A DNA stretch of 64,000 bases, taken from an uncultured Candidatus Rokubacteria bacterium (GTDB lineage: Bacteria; Methylomirabilota; Methylomirabilia; Rokubacteriales; DASRDR01). The number at the start of each line of letters is the position of its first letter. The stretch's first letter is position 1. The stretch is from assembly GCA_963708025.1 (NCBI GenBank), contig CAVPSB010000018.1:96001-160000 (forward strand). Reading direction: 5' to 3'. Under the pieces are notes generated by a model. It did not search any database. It had not been told where the DNA came from and worked only from the letters and a program-made list of their open reading frames with translations. The position numbers and the translations under genes were made by a program. This document shows positions 7,564-16,941 of this stretch, piece after piece.

Positions 7564-10500
7564 ATGAAGTGCTCCCGCTGCCAGCACGAGAACTCCGCGG
7601 GAACCAAGTTCTGCGGCCAGTGCGCCGCCCCGCTCGCGTCGCTCTGCGCCGCATGTGGCGCGCCCAACCCTCCCGACAATCGGTTCTGCGGCCAGTGTGC
7701 GGCCCCGCTCCGGCCTGCAGCCGCCCCCAGTGTCCCCGCCCCCGAGGCCTACACCCCTCGCCATCTCGCCGAGAAGATCCTCAGCTCGAAGAGTGCCCTC
7801 GAAGGTGAACGGAAGCAGGTGACGGTCCTGTTCGCCGATCTCAAGGGTTCGATGGAGCTGCTCGCCGACCGCGACCCCGAGGAGGCCCGGAAGGTCCTGG
7901 ACCCCGTCCTTGAGCGGATGATGGAGGCCGTCCACCGCTACGAGGGCACCGTGAACCAGGTCATGGGCGACGGGATCATGGCGCTCTTCGGGGCGCCGGT
8001 CGCCCATGAGGACCACGCGGTGCGCGCCTGCTATGCTGCCCTCGACATGCAAGGCGCCATCCGTCGATATGCCGAAGACGTCTGGCGCGCCCAGGGCATC
8101 ACGGTGAAGATCCGGGTCGGTTTGAACTCGGGCGAGGTCGTGGTTCGAGCCATCGGCAGCGATCTCCGCCTCGACTACACCGCGGTCGGCCAGACGACCC
8201 ACCTGGCCGCGCGGATGGAGCAGCTCGCGACCCCGGGCACCGTGCTGCTCACGGGCGATACGCTCCGACTCGCTGAAGGGTACGTGACGGCGAAGCCGCT
8301 GGGGCCGGTGCCCGTGAAGGGCCTCGAGGCCCCGATGGAGGTCTACGAGCTGATGGGCGCGGGGCCGCTGCGCTCACGGCTCCACGCGGCGGCGACGCGG
8401 GGGTTGACGCGCTTCGTGGGACGCGACAGCCAGCTCGAGCACCTCCGCGAGGCGCTCGCTCGGGCGGCCCAAGGGCACGGCCAGGTGGTCGCCATCGTCG
8501 GCGAGCCGGGCGTGGGCAAGTCGCGCCTGGTCTGGGAAGTGACCCACTCCCACCGCGTCCATGGCTGGCTCGTCCTCCAGGCCGGCTCGGTCTCCTACGG
8601 CAAGGCGGCGTCCTATCTGCCGGTGATCGACCTGCTCAAAGGCTACTTCGCGATCGAGGACCGCGACGGCCCGCGGGCGGTGCAGGAGAAGGCAACTGGC
8701 AAGCTCTTGACGCTGGATCGGGCGCTTGAGGCGAGTCTACCGGCGCTCCTGTCCCTCCTCGACGTGCCGACCGACGACCCCCAGTGGGCCACGCTCGATC
8801 CGCCCCAGCGCCGCCGGCGCACCCTGGACGCGGTGAAGCGGCTCCTCTTGCGGGAGTGCCAGCAGCAGGCGGTCCTGGTGGTCTTCGAAGACCTCCACTG
8901 GATCGATTCCGAGACCCAGGCCCTGCTCGACGCGCTCGTGGAGAGCCTGCCGGCGGCCCGCATCTGCCTCCTCGTGAACTACCGGCCGGAGTATCAGCCG
9001 CCCTGGGGCAGCCGCACCTCGTACACGCAGCTCCGGCTGGATCCCCTGGCGCCCGATCACGCCGACGAGTTGCTGGGCGCGCTGGTGGGTGCCGACGCGG
9101 CCCTCGAACCCCTCAAGCGCACGCTGATCGCGCGGACGGAGGGCAACCCGTTCTTCCTGGAGGAGAGCGTGCGGACGCTCGTCGAGACCGGAGCCCTCGC
9201 GGGCGAGCGGGGCGCCTACCGGCTCGCGCGGCCCCTGCCGAGCATCCAGGTCCCGGCGACGGTGCAGGCCGTGCTGGCCGCCCGCATCGACCGGCTGCTG
9301 CCCGGAGACAAGACGCTCCTTCAGACCGCGTCAGTGATCGGGAAGGATGTCCCCCTGGCGCTGCTCCGGGCGATGACTGAGCCCGCCGAGGGCGACCTCC
9401 ATGCGGCGATCGGACGGCTGCAGGGCGCGGAGTTCCTGTACGAGGCCAGCCTCTTTCCAGACCTCGAGTACACCTTCAAGCACGCCCTGACCCACGACGT
9501 GGCCTATGGCAGTCTGCTCCACGACCGGCGGCGCGCCCTTCATGGCCGGATCGTGACGACCATCGAGCGGCTCTATCCGGACCGGCTGCCCGAGCACGTC
9601 GAGCGGCTGGCCCACCACGCGTTTCGGGCCGAGTTGTGGGTGAACGCGCTGACCTACCTTCGCCAGGCCGGCGCCAAAGCGCTCGCGCGCTCGGCCAACC
9701 GGGAGGCGCTCGCGTACTTCGAGCAGGCGCTGGCGGCGCTGAGCCATCTCCCTGAGACGCGCGAGACGCGGGAGCAGGCCATCGATGTCCGCTTCGACCT
9801 TCGGGAGGCCCTTTTTCCGCTGGCAGAATTCGGAAGGATCGACGCGTATCTCCAGGAAGCCGAAACCCTGGCCAGGAGCCTGGACGACCAGCGGCGACTC
9901 GGGTGGGTCTTGGCCTATATGACCAGCCATCGCGTTGTCACTCGGGCTTCCATAACCGAAGCGCGCACGTGCGCGGAGCAGGTCCAGGCCATCGGCGAGA
10001 CGCTCGCCGACATACCGCTCCAGGTCGCAGCCCAGTACTACCATGCCCACATCGGCTACATGTTGGGCGACTATCGGGGGACCGAAGACACCTGCCGGAA
10101 ACTGACGCAGCTCCTGAAGGGCGACCAGACCCGTGAGCGATTCGGCCTCTGGCAGTTTCCCGCTGTCCTGTCCCGGGCCTTCCTGGCGCGCACCCTCGCC
10201 GAGCGGGGACTGTTCGACGAGGGTGAGGCCCACGGACACGACGCCATTCGGATCGCGGAAGCGCTCGATCATCCATTCAGCCTCATCGAGGCGTGTCTGG
10301 GGCTCGCGTATCTCCACAGCGTCAGGGGGGACCTGAGCCAGGCCGTCCGTCCGCTCGAACGCGCGGTCGCTCTCGGCGGCGAGAACATCACAATATTTGC
10401 TCCGAATGCAATGGCATCCCTCGGGCACGCGTATGCGGCGTCGGGTCGCGTCGGAGAGGGCATCTCCTGGCTGAAGCGGGGGCTGGCCGGCCAGGACTCC

Positions 10501-10923
10501 GTGGGGATCGGATATCTCTACTCAGTCAGCCTCGTGCAGGCCGGCGAGGTGTATCTGCTCGCGGGGCAGGTCGAGGACGCCCGCGGCTCCGCCGACCGCG
10601 CTCTGAGGTTCTCCCGCGAGCGCGGTGAGCGCGGCCACGAGGCGTGGGCACTCCGGCTCCTGGGCGAGGTCGCGTCGCATCATGACCACCCCGATGTGGC
10701 AACGGTCGAGACGCACTACAGCCAGGCCCTTGCCCGGGCCGGCGAGCTCGGCATGCGCCCGCTCGTCGCCCACTGCCACCTCGGCCTGGGTCGCCTCCAC
10801 CGCCACGCTGGCCATGAGGCGGCGGCGCGCGAGCATCTCACCACGGCCGCGACGATGTACCGGGAGATGGGCATGAGCTCTTGGCTGGCGCAGGCGGAGG
10901 CGGCGCTGGCCCTGCCCGACTGA
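7564..10923 (+). CDS. Double zinc ribbon + class III nucleotide cyclase + STAND-like NTPase + TPR protein
   Basis: Four CxxC motifs; ERKQVTVLFADLKGS and MGDGIMALFGAP cyclase motifs; Walker A GEPGVGKS; VFEDLHW; YTFKHALT; helical repeats. Confidence 0.93.
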   Translation: MKCSRCQHENSAGTKFCGQCAAPLASLCAACGAPNPPDNRFCGQCAAPLRPAAAPSVPAPEAYTPRHLAEKILSSKSALEGERKQVTVLFADLKGSMELLADRDPEEARKVLDPVLERMMEAVHRYEGTVNQVMGDGIMALFGAPVAHEDHAVRACYAALDMQGAIRRYAEDVWRAQGITVKIRVGLNSGEVVVRAIGSDLRLDYTAVGQTTHLAARMEQLATPGTVLLTGDTLRLAEGYVTAKPLGPVPVKGLEAPMEVYELMGAGPLRSRLHAAATRGLTRFVGRDSQLEHLREALARAAQGHGQVVAIVGEPGVGKSRLVWEVTHSHRVHGWLVLQAGSVSYGKAASYLPVIDLLKGYFAIEDRDGPRAVQEKATGKLLTLDRALEASLPALLSLLDVPTDDPQWATLDPPQRRRRTLDAVKRLLLRECQQQAVLVVFEDLHWIDSETQALLDALVESLPAARICLLVNYRPEYQPPWGSRTSYTQLRLDPLAPDHADELLGALVGADAALEPLKRTLIARTEGNPFFLEESVRTLVETGALAGERGAYRLARPLPSIQVPATVQAVLAARIDRLLPGDKTLLQTASVIGKDVPLALLRAMTEPAEGDLHAAIGRLQGAEFLYEASLFPDLEYTFKHALTHDVAYGSLLHDRRRALHGRIVTTIERLYPDRLPEHVERLAHHAFRAELWVNALTYLRQAGAKALARSANREALAYFEQALAALSHLPETRETREQAIDVRFDLREALFPLAEFGRIDAYLQEAETLARSLDDQRRLGWVLAYMTSHRVVTRASITEARTCAEQVQAIGETLADIPLQVAAQYYHAHIGYMLGDYRGTEDTCRKLTQLLKGDQTRERFGLWQFPAVLSRAFLARTLAERGLFDEGEAHGHDAIRIAEALDHPFSLIEACLGLAYLHSVRGDLSQAVRPLERAVALGGENITIFAPNAMASLGHAYAASGRVGEGISWLKRGLAGQDSVGIGYLYSVSLVQAGEVYLLAGQVEDARGSADRALRFSRERGERGHEAWALRLLGEVASHHDHPDVATVETHYSQALARAGELGMRPLVAHCHLGLGRLHRHAGHEAAAREHLTTAATMYREMGMSSWLAQAEAALALPD

Positions 10924-11018
10924 GACATCACCGACGGACGTGACGGCACCGGCGGTCGACTGGCCGAGCGGCAGCTTCCGCGAGATGGTGACGGTGTGAG
11001 CGTTCAGGAGATGGAACG

Positions 11019-11849
11019 ATGAGCACCACGATTACCACGTTCGTGGCGACAGATCCGGCCGCGTACGAGCGGTTCATGGGGCGGTGGAGCGAGCGGCTTG
11101 CTCCGGCGTTCGTCGAGTTCGCAGGGACGCAGGCGGGCGAGCGGGTCCTGGACGTCGGGTGCGGCACCGGCAGCTTGACCCTGGCCCTGATGGCGGCGGA
11201 CGTGGCGGCGGTGGTGGGCATCGACCCGTCGAGCCCCTACGTCGAGTTCGCGCGAAGCCGCACCACCGATCCGGCAATCCGCTTCGACGTGGGCGACGGG
11301 ACCGCGCTCCCCTACGGGGACGGCGAGTTCGGCCGGAGCCTGTCGATGCTGACGCTGGACGTGGTTCCGGACGCGGCGCCCATTGTTGCCGAGATGCGTC
11401 GGGTGACGCGCCCGGGCGGCGTCGTGGCCGGGCTGGTGAACGACTTTCGGTGCGGGTACCCGGCGTTTACGATGCTGTGGGACACGGCAGCGGTCCTCGA
11501 CCCAGGCTTCGCCGAGCTGCGCGAGCACCTGACGGGCAAACGGATCGGGTGGCCCGGGGGGCTCACCGAGCTGTGGGCCGCGACCGGACTGACCGCCGTC
11601 CAGGAGGCACGGCTCCGCATCCCGTTCGCGTTCAGCTCCTTCGCCGACTATTGGGCACCCTTCACGACCGGGCAGGGCAAGACTGGTGGGCATCTCATGA
11701 GCCTGCCCGAGCCGAAGCGGTTGGAGATCGAACAGCACGTGCGAGCGGCATACCGTTGCGGGCAGCCCGATGGCCCGCGGGCGTTCACCACGACGTTCTG
11801 GGCCGTGCGCGGCGTCGTTGGGGACACCACTCGAGTGAGCGGTCCATGA
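11019..11849 (+). CDS. Class I SAM-dependent methyltransferase (Methyltransf_11-like)
   Basis: AYERFMGRWS, VLDVGCGTG, EMRRVTRPGG. Confidence 0.92.
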   Translation: MSTTITTFVATDPAAYERFMGRWSERLAPAFVEFAGTQAGERVLDVGCGTGSLTLALMAADVAAVVGIDPSSPYVEFARSRTTDPAIRFDVGDGTALPYGDGEFGRSLSMLTLDVVPDAAPIVAEMRRVTRPGGVVAGLVNDFRCGYPAFTMLWDTAAVLDPGFAELREHLTGKRIGWPGGLTELWAATGLTAVQEARLRIPFAFSSFADYWAPFTTGQGKTGGHLMSLPEPKRLEIEQHVRAAYRCGQPDGPRAFTTTFWAVRGVVGDTTRVSGP

Positions 11850-11933
11850 GCGGGTTCGCGTGGCCGGCCGGGCGCGCGCGTCGTCAGGCACGAGCCGGGC
11901 CTGAAGACAGGTCTCGCCGATCGGGGGTGACGC

Positions 11934-12848
11934 ATGGCTGGCTACCATTCAGAGGCTGGAGACGTCGCACGCAAGCCGGATTCGACGGCCGTCACCACCG
12001 CCCTGTGGCGCGCCGCGCATCTCCGACTCGACGCGCCTCCCCACGTCCTGGAGGACGATGTCGGCTTGCAGCTCCTTCGTGACACCGACGTCCTCGCCGC
12101 CTATCTCGGGGCCGAGGCCGCCGGGGGCCCGGACACATGGCTGCGTCACCCGTACATGGGTGAGAAGTTCCGTCGCTGGCGCGCCGGCATCGTCACCAGG
12201 GCGCGCCTCGCCGAGGACGTCGTCGCGGAGCAGGTTGACCACGGGCACGACCAGTATGTGATCCTGGGGGCCGGGCTCGATTCCTTCGCGTTCCGGCGCC
12301 TCGACCTCGTCCGGACACTGCGCGTGTTCGAGGTTGACGAGCCGGGCACCCAAGCGTGGAAGCGACGCCGGCTCGATGAACTCGGAATGGCACCGCCAGT
12401 CACCCTGTCCTTCGTGCCCGTCGACTTCGAGTCACAGTCCTGGGTCGAGGAGATCGTCAAAGCCGGATTCGACCGGACGCGGCCAGCCGTTGTGTCCTCC
12501 CTTGGCGTCACGAACTACCTCAGTGTCGACGCGATCCAGTTGATGCTGCACGACGTCGTCCGGCTCGCCCCGAGGTCTGTCTTTGTGTGTGGCTTCGCGC
12601 TTCCGGCCCATCTCGTCGCGCCGGACGAGCGAGAATGGCGCGCCGAAATTGAAGCGCGGGCTGCGGCGCGGGGCCACCCGTGGCTCAGCTTCTTCTCGCT
12701 CGACGAGATCCGCGGGCTCGCCGAAGCAGCGGGCTTTGCCAAGGTAAGCCTCGCGACGGCGCACGATCTCGCTGGCCGCTACTTCGCCGGGCGCGGGGAC
12801 GGGCTAAGGCCCTCGAGCTCGGCCGCCTATCTGATCGCGTCCGTGTAG
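11934..12848 (+). CDS. SAM-dependent methyltransferase, LCM (leucine carboxyl methyltransferase-like) family
   Basis: QYVILGAGLDSFAFR, VFEVDEP, PVDFE, LGVTNYL. Confidence 0.92.
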   Translation: MAGYHSEAGDVARKPDSTAVTTALWRAAHLRLDAPPHVLEDDVGLQLLRDTDVLAAYLGAEAAGGPDTWLRHPYMGEKFRRWRAGIVTRARLAEDVVAEQVDHGHDQYVILGAGLDSFAFRRLDLVRTLRVFEVDEPGTQAWKRRRLDELGMAPPVTLSFVPVDFESQSWVEEIVKAGFDRTRPAVVSSLGVTNYLSVDAIQLMLHDVVRLAPRSVFVCGFALPAHLVAPDEREWRAEIEARAAARGHPWLSFFSLDEIRGLAEAAGFAKVSLATAHDLAGRYFAGRGDGLRPSSSAAYLIASV

Positions 12849-13129
12849 GGCGTGAGAGAACATGGGTGTTCTGGGGTACGCGCCTTCCGGCTGTGCAGGG
12901 GAGGCCGGAGCGGGCCGGGCGCTCCGGCGGAGGTGGCGTTGACGGTTCCTGGGCGCCGTCTACGCGACGAGTGACGCCGCCCGCTACATGCCGGGCGCAG
13001 CTCTGGCCATCGACGGGGGTCCAGCGTCTGGTAGCCGCGGGCGGGCCTCGCCCCCGCGGGACTCGCGCGGCCTCTCGGATGGGTCTCCGCTGAGCGGGTC
13101 ATCGGTGCCCGCCGTTGGGAGGATGAGCC

Positions 13130-14164
13130 GTGGAACGCAGAGCGCCCTCGACGCCGCGCCGTGCTCTATTGGACATCCTGGAGGCCTCCAGACTCTCCGC
13201 GTGCATCTACGTCGCGACGAAGCTGGAGATCAGTGACCTCCTCGGGGATGGTCCGAGAAGCTGTAATGCGCTTGCACGGATGACGGGCACGCACGCGCCC
13301 TCACTCTACCGGCTCCTGCGGGCGCTGGCCGGCGCTGGCCTCGTCCACGAAGGTGCCGAGCAGCACTTTGCCCTGACGCCAGCTGGCTCCTACCTGCGGC
13401 GCGATAGCCCTGACTCGCTACGGCCGTGGATGCTCATGTTCCACGACGTGAACGCTCGGCCATACGGGGAGCTGTTGCATACGGTGAAGACCGGGGAATC
13501 GGCCTTCACCCATGTCACGGGGTCGGAGCTCTTCCCCTACTTCGCGGAGCATCCAGACGTTGGCACGATCTTCGACGAAGCGATGACCGTGGAGACCACT
13601 CAGATCGCCCAGGCAGTGCTGGACGCGTACGACTTCTCGCACTTCCGGAGAATCATCGATATCGGCGGCGGCCACGGGATACTTCTCGCGGCGATCCTCC
13701 GCGCGCATCCAGCCATGCACGGGGTGCTCTTCGACCGCACCCGCGTGGTCGAGAGTGCGAAGCGGGTGCTGGAGGCCGCCGGTCTCGCCCACCGATCCGA
13801 CTGTGTGGGTGGTTCCTTCCTCAAGTCGGTGCCGGCCGGATGCGGCGCGTATATCCTGAAGAACATCATCCACGATTGGAACGACGAGCGGGCGGTCGAG
13901 ATTCTGAGCAACTGCCGGCGCGCGATGCACGAGCATGGCCGGATCCTCCTCGTCGAGCGGCTGATGCAAGCCGGGGGCGGGACCTCGCTCCAGACGCTCT
14001 GTGCGGACCTCGACATGCTGGTGCTCGGCGGAGGCCACAGCGCCAGAGAGCGTAGCGAAGCTGAATATGGCCTGCTCTGCCGTGCGGCGGGATGCGAGCT
14101 CGCCAGGGTCATCCCGATCCGGTCCGACCACGACTACTACGTGATGGAGATCGTGCCTCGGTAG
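13130..14164 (+). CDS. O-methyltransferase (Methyltransf_2 with N-terminal dimerisation domain)
   Basis: LYRLLRALAG, IDIGGGHG, LKNIIHDWND. Confidence 0.92.
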   Translation: MERRAPSTPRRALLDILEASRLSACIYVATKLEISDLLGDGPRSCNALARMTGTHAPSLYRLLRALAGAGLVHEGAEQHFALTPAGSYLRRDSPDSLRPWMLMFHDVNARPYGELLHTVKTGESAFTHVTGSELFPYFAEHPDVGTIFDEAMTVETTQIAQAVLDAYDFSHFRRIIDIGGGHGILLAAILRAHPAMHGVLFDRTRVVESAKRVLEAAGLAHRSDCVGGSFLKSVPAGCGAYILKNIIHDWNDERAVEILSNCRRAMHEHGRILLVERLMQAGGGTSLQTLCADLDMLVLGGGHSARERSEAEYGLLCRAAGCELARVIPIRSDHDYYVMEIVPR

Positions 14165-14351
14165 GCTCGCCGAGCACCGGGTTCACCGCCGACGCCTTGG
14201 CCCCCGCGCCTGCACCGTGTGCCAGCGACCCGGGGACGGGCAACCCGGAGCTCATCGGAAGTGGCGGAGGAACAGCCGAAGATGTCCAAGCGTCACGTGT
14301 TCAGGGTGTAGGCAGCATGCGAAACGATCCGTCGCCGGAGGAGAGACTCCC

Positions 14352-15284
14352 GTGACCGAAAAGGGACCAAGCCAGACGGCCATTCGAACGGCAATGCGTC
14401 GCGCCGCCCACTACTTGCTCGACGCGGAGCCCAAGATACTGGCCGACGTGTTTGCGCGAGGCCTTGCGGGATTCTCGACCGACGAGGAGTTCCTGCGAGC
14501 GTTCCAAGCCGTGCCCAACGCACACATTCCGTGGCTGCGCGTGTCCTTTGCCCTGCGAAACAGACTCGCCCAGGATGAACTGGCCAAGGCGGTCACGCAC
14601 GGGACCAAGCAATACGTGATCCTCGGCGCCGGTCTCGACTCGTTCGCCTATCGGCAGCCCGATCTGGTGTGCTCACTCGAGGTCTACGAGGTCGATCACC
14701 CGGCGAGTCAAGCATGGAAGCGCGAACGGGTCGCGGCCCTCGGCATCGAAGTCCCGCCCACTTTGCACTACGCGCCGGTTGACTTCGAGCGGAACACGCT
14801 GACCGAGGGCCTGACCACGGCCGGGCTGAACCGGAGCGAACCGGCATTCTTCACCTGGCTCGGCGTCACTCAGTACCTCACGCGGGAGGCCGTCCTGCGC
14901 ACGCTGCGGGAAGTCGCCGCCCTTTCGAAGGCCGAAGGCACGCTCGTGCTGGAGTTCATCGCGCCTCCCGGCACGCTGAGCGGCGAGGACGCTGCGCTCG
15001 TCCACTCCCTGGCGGAGGCGTCCGCCAAGCTCGGGGAGCCGTGGCTCAGCTTCTTCACATCCGAAGACATGCACGAGGCTCTCACCCGGGTCGGTTTCCG
15101 GTCCGTCCAGCACTTCGGGCCAGCCGAGGCGTTCGATCGCTATCTGCGTGGCCGCACGGATGGTGCACGCCTTCCCGGTTACTTCCGGATGGCGAAGGCG
15201 ACAATGCGTGAGCGGAGTGGTGAGCCGCCGAGATCAACCGAGCGTCCCCTGGATGGGCTGAAGAGGGGCGCACATTCAGTCTAA
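14352..15284 (+). CDS. SAM-dependent methyltransferase, LCM family (paralog of 11934-12848)
   Basis: QYVILGAGLDSFAYR, VYEVDHP, PVDFE, WLGVTQYL; GGAGGAG SD before GTG. Confidence 0.92.
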   Translation: MTEKGPSQTAIRTAMRRAAHYLLDAEPKILADVFARGLAGFSTDEEFLRAFQAVPNAHIPWLRVSFALRNRLAQDELAKAVTHGTKQYVILGAGLDSFAYRQPDLVCSLEVYEVDHPASQAWKRERVAALGIEVPPTLHYAPVDFERNTLTEGLTTAGLNRSEPAFFTWLGVTQYLTREAVLRTLREVAALSKAEGTLVLEFIAPPGTLSGEDAALVHSLAEASAKLGEPWLSFFTSEDMHEALTRVGFRSVQHFGPAEAFDRYLRGRTDGARLPGYFRMAKATMRERSGEPPRSTERPLDGLKRGAHSV

Positions 15285-15367
15285 GATAGGCCCATGCGGC
15301 TGACGGGCGATGCCCGGCCGGTGGAGGTGCCCGAGGGCGCCACGGTGCTCGACGCCTAATACACCCG

Positions 15368-16156
15368 ATGACCTCGCCCGGCTCTGATCAGGTTCTCTTC
15401 CAGAAAGCCGACGCCTACGAGCGCTTCATGGGCCGCTACAGCCGGCCGCTCGCGCACGAGTTCGCCCGCGCCACGGGCGTCGCAGCGGGCGAGCGGGTCG
15501 TCGACGTCGGCTGCGGTACGGGTGCGCTGACCTCGGTCCTGGCCGAGCTCGTCGGCCCTGATCACGTTGCCGCCGCCGACCCGTCCGAGCCGTTCGTCGA
15601 CCAATGCCGTGCGAATGTTCCCGGCGCGGACGTCCGGGTCGGGCCCGCCGAGGCGCTCCCCTTCGCCGACAGGATCTTCGATCGTGCGCTGGCGCAGCTC
15701 GTCTTCCACTTCGTCAACGATCCGGCCGCCGCTGCGGGAGAGATGATGCGGGTCACACGCTACGGAGGCACGGTCGCCGCGTGCGTGTGGGATTTCACGG
15801 GCGGCATGACCATGCTCCGCGCCTACTGGGACTCGGCACGCGAGGTCGCCCCGAACGCCCCGGACGAGATCCAGCGGTTCGGGGGCCGGCCGGGGCAGCT
15901 CGCGGCCTTGTGGCACGAGGTGGGGCTTCGCGACGTCACGGACTCTTCGCTCGTTGTCTCGTCTCGCTACAACGATTTCGACGAGCTCTGGCAATCGTTC
16001 CTCGGCGGCGCCGCGGGGCCGGTTGGAGCCCACGTCGCATCGCTGGACGAGGCGGGCCGCGAGGCGCTGCGTGGGGCGCTTCGCCTCCGCCTCGGTTCCC
16101 GCGGAGGCCCGTTCGAGCTGACCGCACGCGCCTGGTACGCGGTCGGCGTCGTATAG
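15368..16156 (+). CDS. Class I SAM-dependent methyltransferase (paralog of 11019-11849)
   Basis: AYERFMGRYS, VVDVGCGTG, EMMRVTRYGG. Confidence 0.92.
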   Translation: MTSPGSDQVLFQKADAYERFMGRYSRPLAHEFARATGVAAGERVVDVGCGTGALTSVLAELVGPDHVAAADPSEPFVDQCRANVPGADVRVGPAEALPFADRIFDRALAQLVFHFVNDPAAAAGEMMRVTRYGGTVAACVWDFTGGMTMLRAYWDSAREVAPNAPDEIQRFGGRPGQLAALWHEVGLRDVTDSSLVVSSRYNDFDELWQSFLGGAAGPVGAHVASLDEAGREALRGALRLRLGSRGGPFELTARAWYAVGVV

Positions 16157-16352
16157 CGTTCCGGGGACGGATGGGCGAGGGGGGGCGCGGGGGCGGGGAA
16201 GCGGACCGAGAAAGGTGGCTAGCACCTCCTAGGTTCCCGGGAGACGGCGAATCTGTTACGGCGCCCCTCAGATTACGCGACAAGGCAAATCGACGGCCGA
16301 GGCGCGCTCATGAGCCTTTGAATGGGCCGTGGCCCAAGCGTGGCGTCCAACA

Positions 16353-16720
16353 GTGCCGACCCAGAGTGAAGACGCCGTGATGCAGGTGCTCGACGCGTTC
16401 ATCGAGGCGCTGAACGCGCGCGATCCGCGGCGCCTGGCTGCGGCATGCAATGTTCCACACGTGCGCCTGGCCCGGGGTGACATGAAGATCTGGCGTACCT
16501 CGGAAGAGTTCATAGGGGACAGCGACCTCGCAGGCATTCCGCTGGAAAGCGGTCGTCGGGGCCAGGGCCAGGGGCGGGAAGCGGGTGCAGCTGGTGGACG
16601 TCGCCCGCGGCATGACGCCAGCCGACCTCGCCGACGGCATCCACCCGAACGCCGGCGGCTACGCTAAGCTCGCCGCTGCCTGCCACGCGGCCCTCCGCCC
16701 GCTTTTCGGCGGGACACGCG
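16353..16720 (+). pseudogene. Fused fragments: NTF2/SnoaL-like N-terminus followed by an SGNH hydrolase C-terminus
   Basis: MQVLDAFIEALNARD...NVPHVRL, then in another frame RVQLVDVARGMTPADLADGIHPNAGGYAKLA (DxxHPN block), which resembles the C-terminus of the gene at 51002-51685. Confidence 0.6.
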
Positions 16721-16941
16721 CCGCGCTGACGCCGTCGCCTGCCTGGCGGGCCGGCCGGCAGAGTGCGCTATACTCGGGACGGTCGGAGGCCACCCATAAG
16801 CTCATACCTCGCACCGGCCGCGATTGAGCGGGATCGTGATCCTTTGACCTGCCGGCCTAGCCCGGGAACAACCACGCTACTCTGCGATAGGTCAGGCCGG
16901 TCCTTCCATATGGGTCTAAAACCGGCCCAGGAGCGACGGGT

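Noticed and set aside
10924-16330. Integron cassette array explaining the tandem methyltransferases
   Set aside because: No recurring attC-like (RYYYAAC...GTTRRRY) structures are seen in the spacers, and no IntI gene is present.
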